The translations under genes were made by a program, and so were the position numbers. Of a stretch of DNA of 60,744 bases, positions 57,123 to 60,744 are shown one piece after another. The notes beneath the pieces are model-generated. The model did not search any database. It was given only the letters and a program-made list of their open reading frames with translations, and was not told where the DNA came from. The DNA is from Macrostomum lignano. Its lineage: Eukaryota. The stretch lies in NCBI GenBank assembly GCA_002269645.1, contig NIVC01002788.1:1-60744 (forward strand). Direction: 5' to 3'. How positions within the stretch are numbered: the stretch's first letter is position 1; the number at the start of each line of letters is the position of its first letter.

Positions 57123-59328
57123 ATGGGCGGAGGTCGTCGAGCTCCAGACGCGGTGTCGGCCTACGCCGGCTTCCTCAGTGGCGCTACGGTTCGCGCGCTG
57201 CTGCAGCCGCTGGACGTGATCAAGATCAGGTGGCAACTGCAGCTGGAGTCCATCAGCAGACGGGTGACGGCGGCACCTACCAGAGCCTGCCGCAGACTGT
57301 GGGCCGAATCCTACGGGAGGAAGGCGCTCGAGCACTGTGGAAGGGTCACGTGCCCTGCCAGGTGGTGTCGGTGCTGTTCAACTCGGTGCAGTTTTACACC
57401 TTCGAGCGCAGCGGGCCGCCAGTTCGGGAGCTTCTTGGAGGCGGCAGCGACTTTGGTGCAGACTTTGTGTGCGGCGGCATCTCTGGGGTAGCGGCGGCGC
57501 TGAGCTGCCACCCGTTCGACACCTTGCGGACACGGCTGATTGGGCAGAGCGAGAAGAACCGCGTGTACTCTGGTCTGGTGCACGCTGTGACCCACATGTG
57601 GCGGTCGGAGGGTCCGCGTGTGTTCTTCCAGGTGAGTCACTGATTAGTGTGTTTTTCCAGGTGGGTCACTGACTGGTGTGTGTTCTTCCAGGTGGGCCAC
57701 TGACTGGTGTGTGTGTTCTTCCAGGTGGGTCACTGATTGGCGTGTGTGTTCTTCCAGGTGGGCCACTGACTGGTGTGTGTGTTCTTCCAGGTGGGTCACT
57801 GATTGGCGTGTGTGTTCTTCCAGGTGGGTCACTGACTGGTGTGTGTGTTTTTCCAGGTGGGTCACTGATTGCTGTGTTCGGTCACTGAGTCAAAATTTTG
57901 TTACATAACTTCAGGGTACAATTGCATTTTCAAATCACAAATGCCAGTCAGTTTGCCTCATCAATTTCCCCGCTCCATCTGCAGGGCCTGAATTCGAATC
58001 TGTGCATGACGATGCCGCAGGCGGCTAGCCGGTTCGCCTTCTACAAGCTGCTGTTCGGCCCCCTGGCCGACCGTTCTTCGGCGTCAGCCGCGGCCGCCGG
58101 CTCCGGCTTTCTGTCCGGCGTGCTGTCCAAGGCCCTCGTCTACCCCTTCGACGTCATGAAGAAGCGCCAGCAGGTGCGCGGCTTCGAGGCCGCCCGACGC
58201 GCGTTTGGCCGCGTGCAGGTGAACATGCTGACACCCTTTAGGACTGTCTGACACCCTTTAGGACTGTCTGACACCCTTTAGGACTGTCTGACACTCTTAG
58301 GACTGTCTGACACCCTTTGGGACTGTCTGACACCCTTTGGGACTGTCTGACACCCTTTAGGACTGTCTGACACCTTTAGGACTGTCTGACACCCTTTAGG
58401 ACTGTCTGACACCCTTTGGGACTGTCTGACACCCTTTAGACTGTCTGACACCCTTTGGGACTGTCTGACACCCTTTAGGACTGTCTGACACCCTTTAGGA
58501 CTGTCTGACACCCTTTAGGACTGTCTGACACCTTTGGGACTGTCTGAAACCCTATAAAACTTTCTGACACCCTAGTTAGGACTCTCTGACACCATTTGAA
58601 CCTGTCTGACACCCCTGGCACTGTCTGAAACCTCCCTTTTAATGTCAAATGTTTCGTAATAATTTCTGACACTTTTAACACATTAATAATGTCTGACACC
58701 TCTAGGACACGTCAACTACCCAGACTGTCGCCTGACAACTCCTAACAGGTACTCCATGACACTTCAGGCTGTAGCCTAGTGTTTAGAGCGTCGGGCTCAC
58801 GACTTGAAGGTCGGGTTCGATCCCGATCGCACTGGAACAGTTTGCGTCTTTGAGCAAGACACTTAACTCTGCATTGCTTCAGTTCACCAGCTGTAAAAAG
58901 GTGCAGCATAATTGAGGGTGTGTGGCGACCCCCCAGTCCTTGGACTGAACAGCCGTACGCAGCCTTCAGATGCGCCGCGCAAAATAGCTGCGGCTGAGCT
59001 GTCGGTTGCACATCTACCCAATTAGGGCAGTTGTAATCAACTATTGTATTAATTATATTGACGCTTCAGCATATCGTCTCGCATATCTGTTTCCTCGACT
59101 ACCTCCGCCACCAATGCCCTCTCACGCACCCTACACAGCCCCCGCTCCCCGCAGGACTCGGCAGCAGCCGGACCATCGCAGCCTGCGCCTCCTTCATCTG
59201 GCGCAACGAAGGCCTTCGCGGTTCTACAAAGGCCTGGGCCCGTCAATTGCTGAAGCTGGCCTGTTCACGTCCACACTTTCTACTTCTTTGAACTTTACCG
59301 CTCGCTAATTCTGTCCGCTTTGTACTAA
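57123..59328 (+). CDS. SLC25A19: Mitochondrial thiamine pyrophosphate carrier; three exons, with three apparent 1-bp frameshifts in this sequence
   Basis: Exons 57123-57631, 57985-58218 and 59139-59328. Carrier signatures [20 protein letters not shown] and [11 protein letters not shown]; TPC-specific LWKGHVP and [15 protein letters not shown]; [13 protein letters not shown]. Confidence 0.9.
57617..57870 (+). repeat. 29-33-bp donor-spanning minisatellite forming seven GT-AG units
   Basis: Unit GTGGGTCACTGA(C/T)TGG(T/C)GTGTGTGTTCTTCCAG. Confidence 0.95.
58228..58545 (+). repeat. 20-bp intronic minisatellite, ~16 copies
   Basis: Unit CTGACACCCTTTAGGACTGT. Confidence 0.95.
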
Positions 59329-59764
59329 ACGCTAAAAATGCTCATATTGCTACTTCTATTGGCCAGGCTTTCAGTAGTACACGCGCGCATTTTTGCTATT
59401 CTAACAACTGTACGAAATGTACTTAAGAATCGCATCAATTCAAAATTTGTGTGCAATTCAATTGTATTCGGATCGTCAACTACAGTATTGATCCTGTTTT
59501 GCTTACATATGAATGTTTTTGCTCTTATTTTCATTATGTTCTGGATTAATGTTCCGTTTACTCAAGCTTGCTGCAATTAAAAGTAGAAATATGTCTGCAA
59601 TGCAGTCTTGGTGCTTTTGTGTGCCTTGTTTAATTATTATTTTCATTCTTCCTTTCTTTTTGTCTTTACACTTTGAGTTTTTTTCGCTGGCTGCACACGT
59701 CTAAAAGCCGTTTAACTGTGCACACTTGATTGTGTTATCAAGCCAATATGGGTGAATGTACTTG

Positions 59765-60420
59765 TAGGGTAAGAGATTTGCTTTTCTAACCCTGAATGTA
59801 CATACATACATTATTGTTTGCAAGCCGTAGAGTAAGAACGTACATTCTGACAATGTACATTGCGGGTAAGAGATTTGCTTTTCTAACCTGAATGTACATT
59901 TCATACTTTATTGTTTGCAAGCCATAGAGTAAGAACGTACATTCTGCAGTGTACATTGTGGGGTAAGATATTTAATTTTCTAATCCCGAACGTACATTCT
60001 GTCTGTGTCATTCATGCGGGCAAGAGATTTGCTCCTGTAACCCTGAATGTACATACTTTATTGTTAGCAAGTCATAGAGTAAGAACGTACATTCTGACAA
60101 TGTAATTGCGGGGTAAGAGATTTGCTTTTGTAACCCTGAATGTACATTCATACTTTATTGTTTGCAAGCCATAAAATAAGAACGTACATTCTGACAGTGT
60201 ACATTGTGGGGTAAGAGATTTAATTTTCTAATCCCGAACGTACATTCTGTCTGTGTCATTCATGGGGCAAGATTTGCTCCTGTAACCCTGAATGTACATA
60301 CTTTATTGTTAGCAAGTCATAGAGTAAGAACGTACATTCTGTCAGTGGTAAGAGATTTTCTCCTCTGCCCCTGAGCGTACATTGATTTTTTGTTAGCAAG
60401 TCACTTGCGTAAATGTACAT
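59765..60420. repeat. ~95-bp degenerate satellite with a ~250-bp higher-order period
   Basis: Recurring GTAAGAGATTT...AACCCTGAATGTACAT...GTAAGAACGTACATTCTG. Confidence 0.85.
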
Positions 60421-60744
60421 TCTGTCAGAGTAACATTAGAAAATTCGTATTGTTCTTTTAATGGTTAAAAAATCTTTAATTAATTTTTATTCATTTGTTC
60501 TGCTGCTTTTAACATTAATTTTCTAATAACAAAATCTACTGCAAGAAATCTTACCATGCCCTGTCGCGTGTACTTTTGCAACAATTATATCACCAACCAG
60601 CGTAACGACCGTCGACCAACCATCCTTTGCCCCACTACGAGTAATGCATTTTTGATACTATTGATAAATATAAAGTCCTGTGGTAATCTTTATTGATTTA
60701 TTTTGTCGAAATTAATATCATTGAGTGGATGTTTAAAGATGTCA

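Overview
This is eukaryotic (metazoan) genomic DNA, read by eye with no database searches. GC-rich poly-Ala exons, minisatellite-filled introns and a two-domain small heat shock protein suggest a free-living flatworm such as Macrostomum (inference). Minus-strand genes: a double alpha-crystallin sHSP, a PTPN13-like gene (KIND-FERM-4xPDZ plus a dead PTP domain), a Canopy/saposin-like gene, SMIM15 and an ARHGEF7/beta-PIX-like gene. Plus-strand genes: a MARVEL-domain gene, SLC25A19 and an unidentified terminal exon. Also present are an intronic tRNA-Gln(TTG), a hAT element with a perfect 8-bp TSD and a nested MITE, and two nested CCC-terminated CACTA-like elements that carry BEN-fold genes but no visible transposase. 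The most unusual signals are in the roughly 35 tandem repeats. (1) Some units span a splice donor; in SLC25A19 they form seven back-to-back 29-33 nt GT-branch-AG mini-introns, a candidate recursive-splicing or intron-birth array. (2) Many units are built around canonical transcription-factor motifs (CLEAR/USF, ETS, RFX, ATF/CRE, NF-Y, GC-box, GATA). (3) Complementary repeats bracket individual exons. Several one-base deletions in short homopolymers suggest an incompletely polished assembly. Repeat boundaries are approximate.
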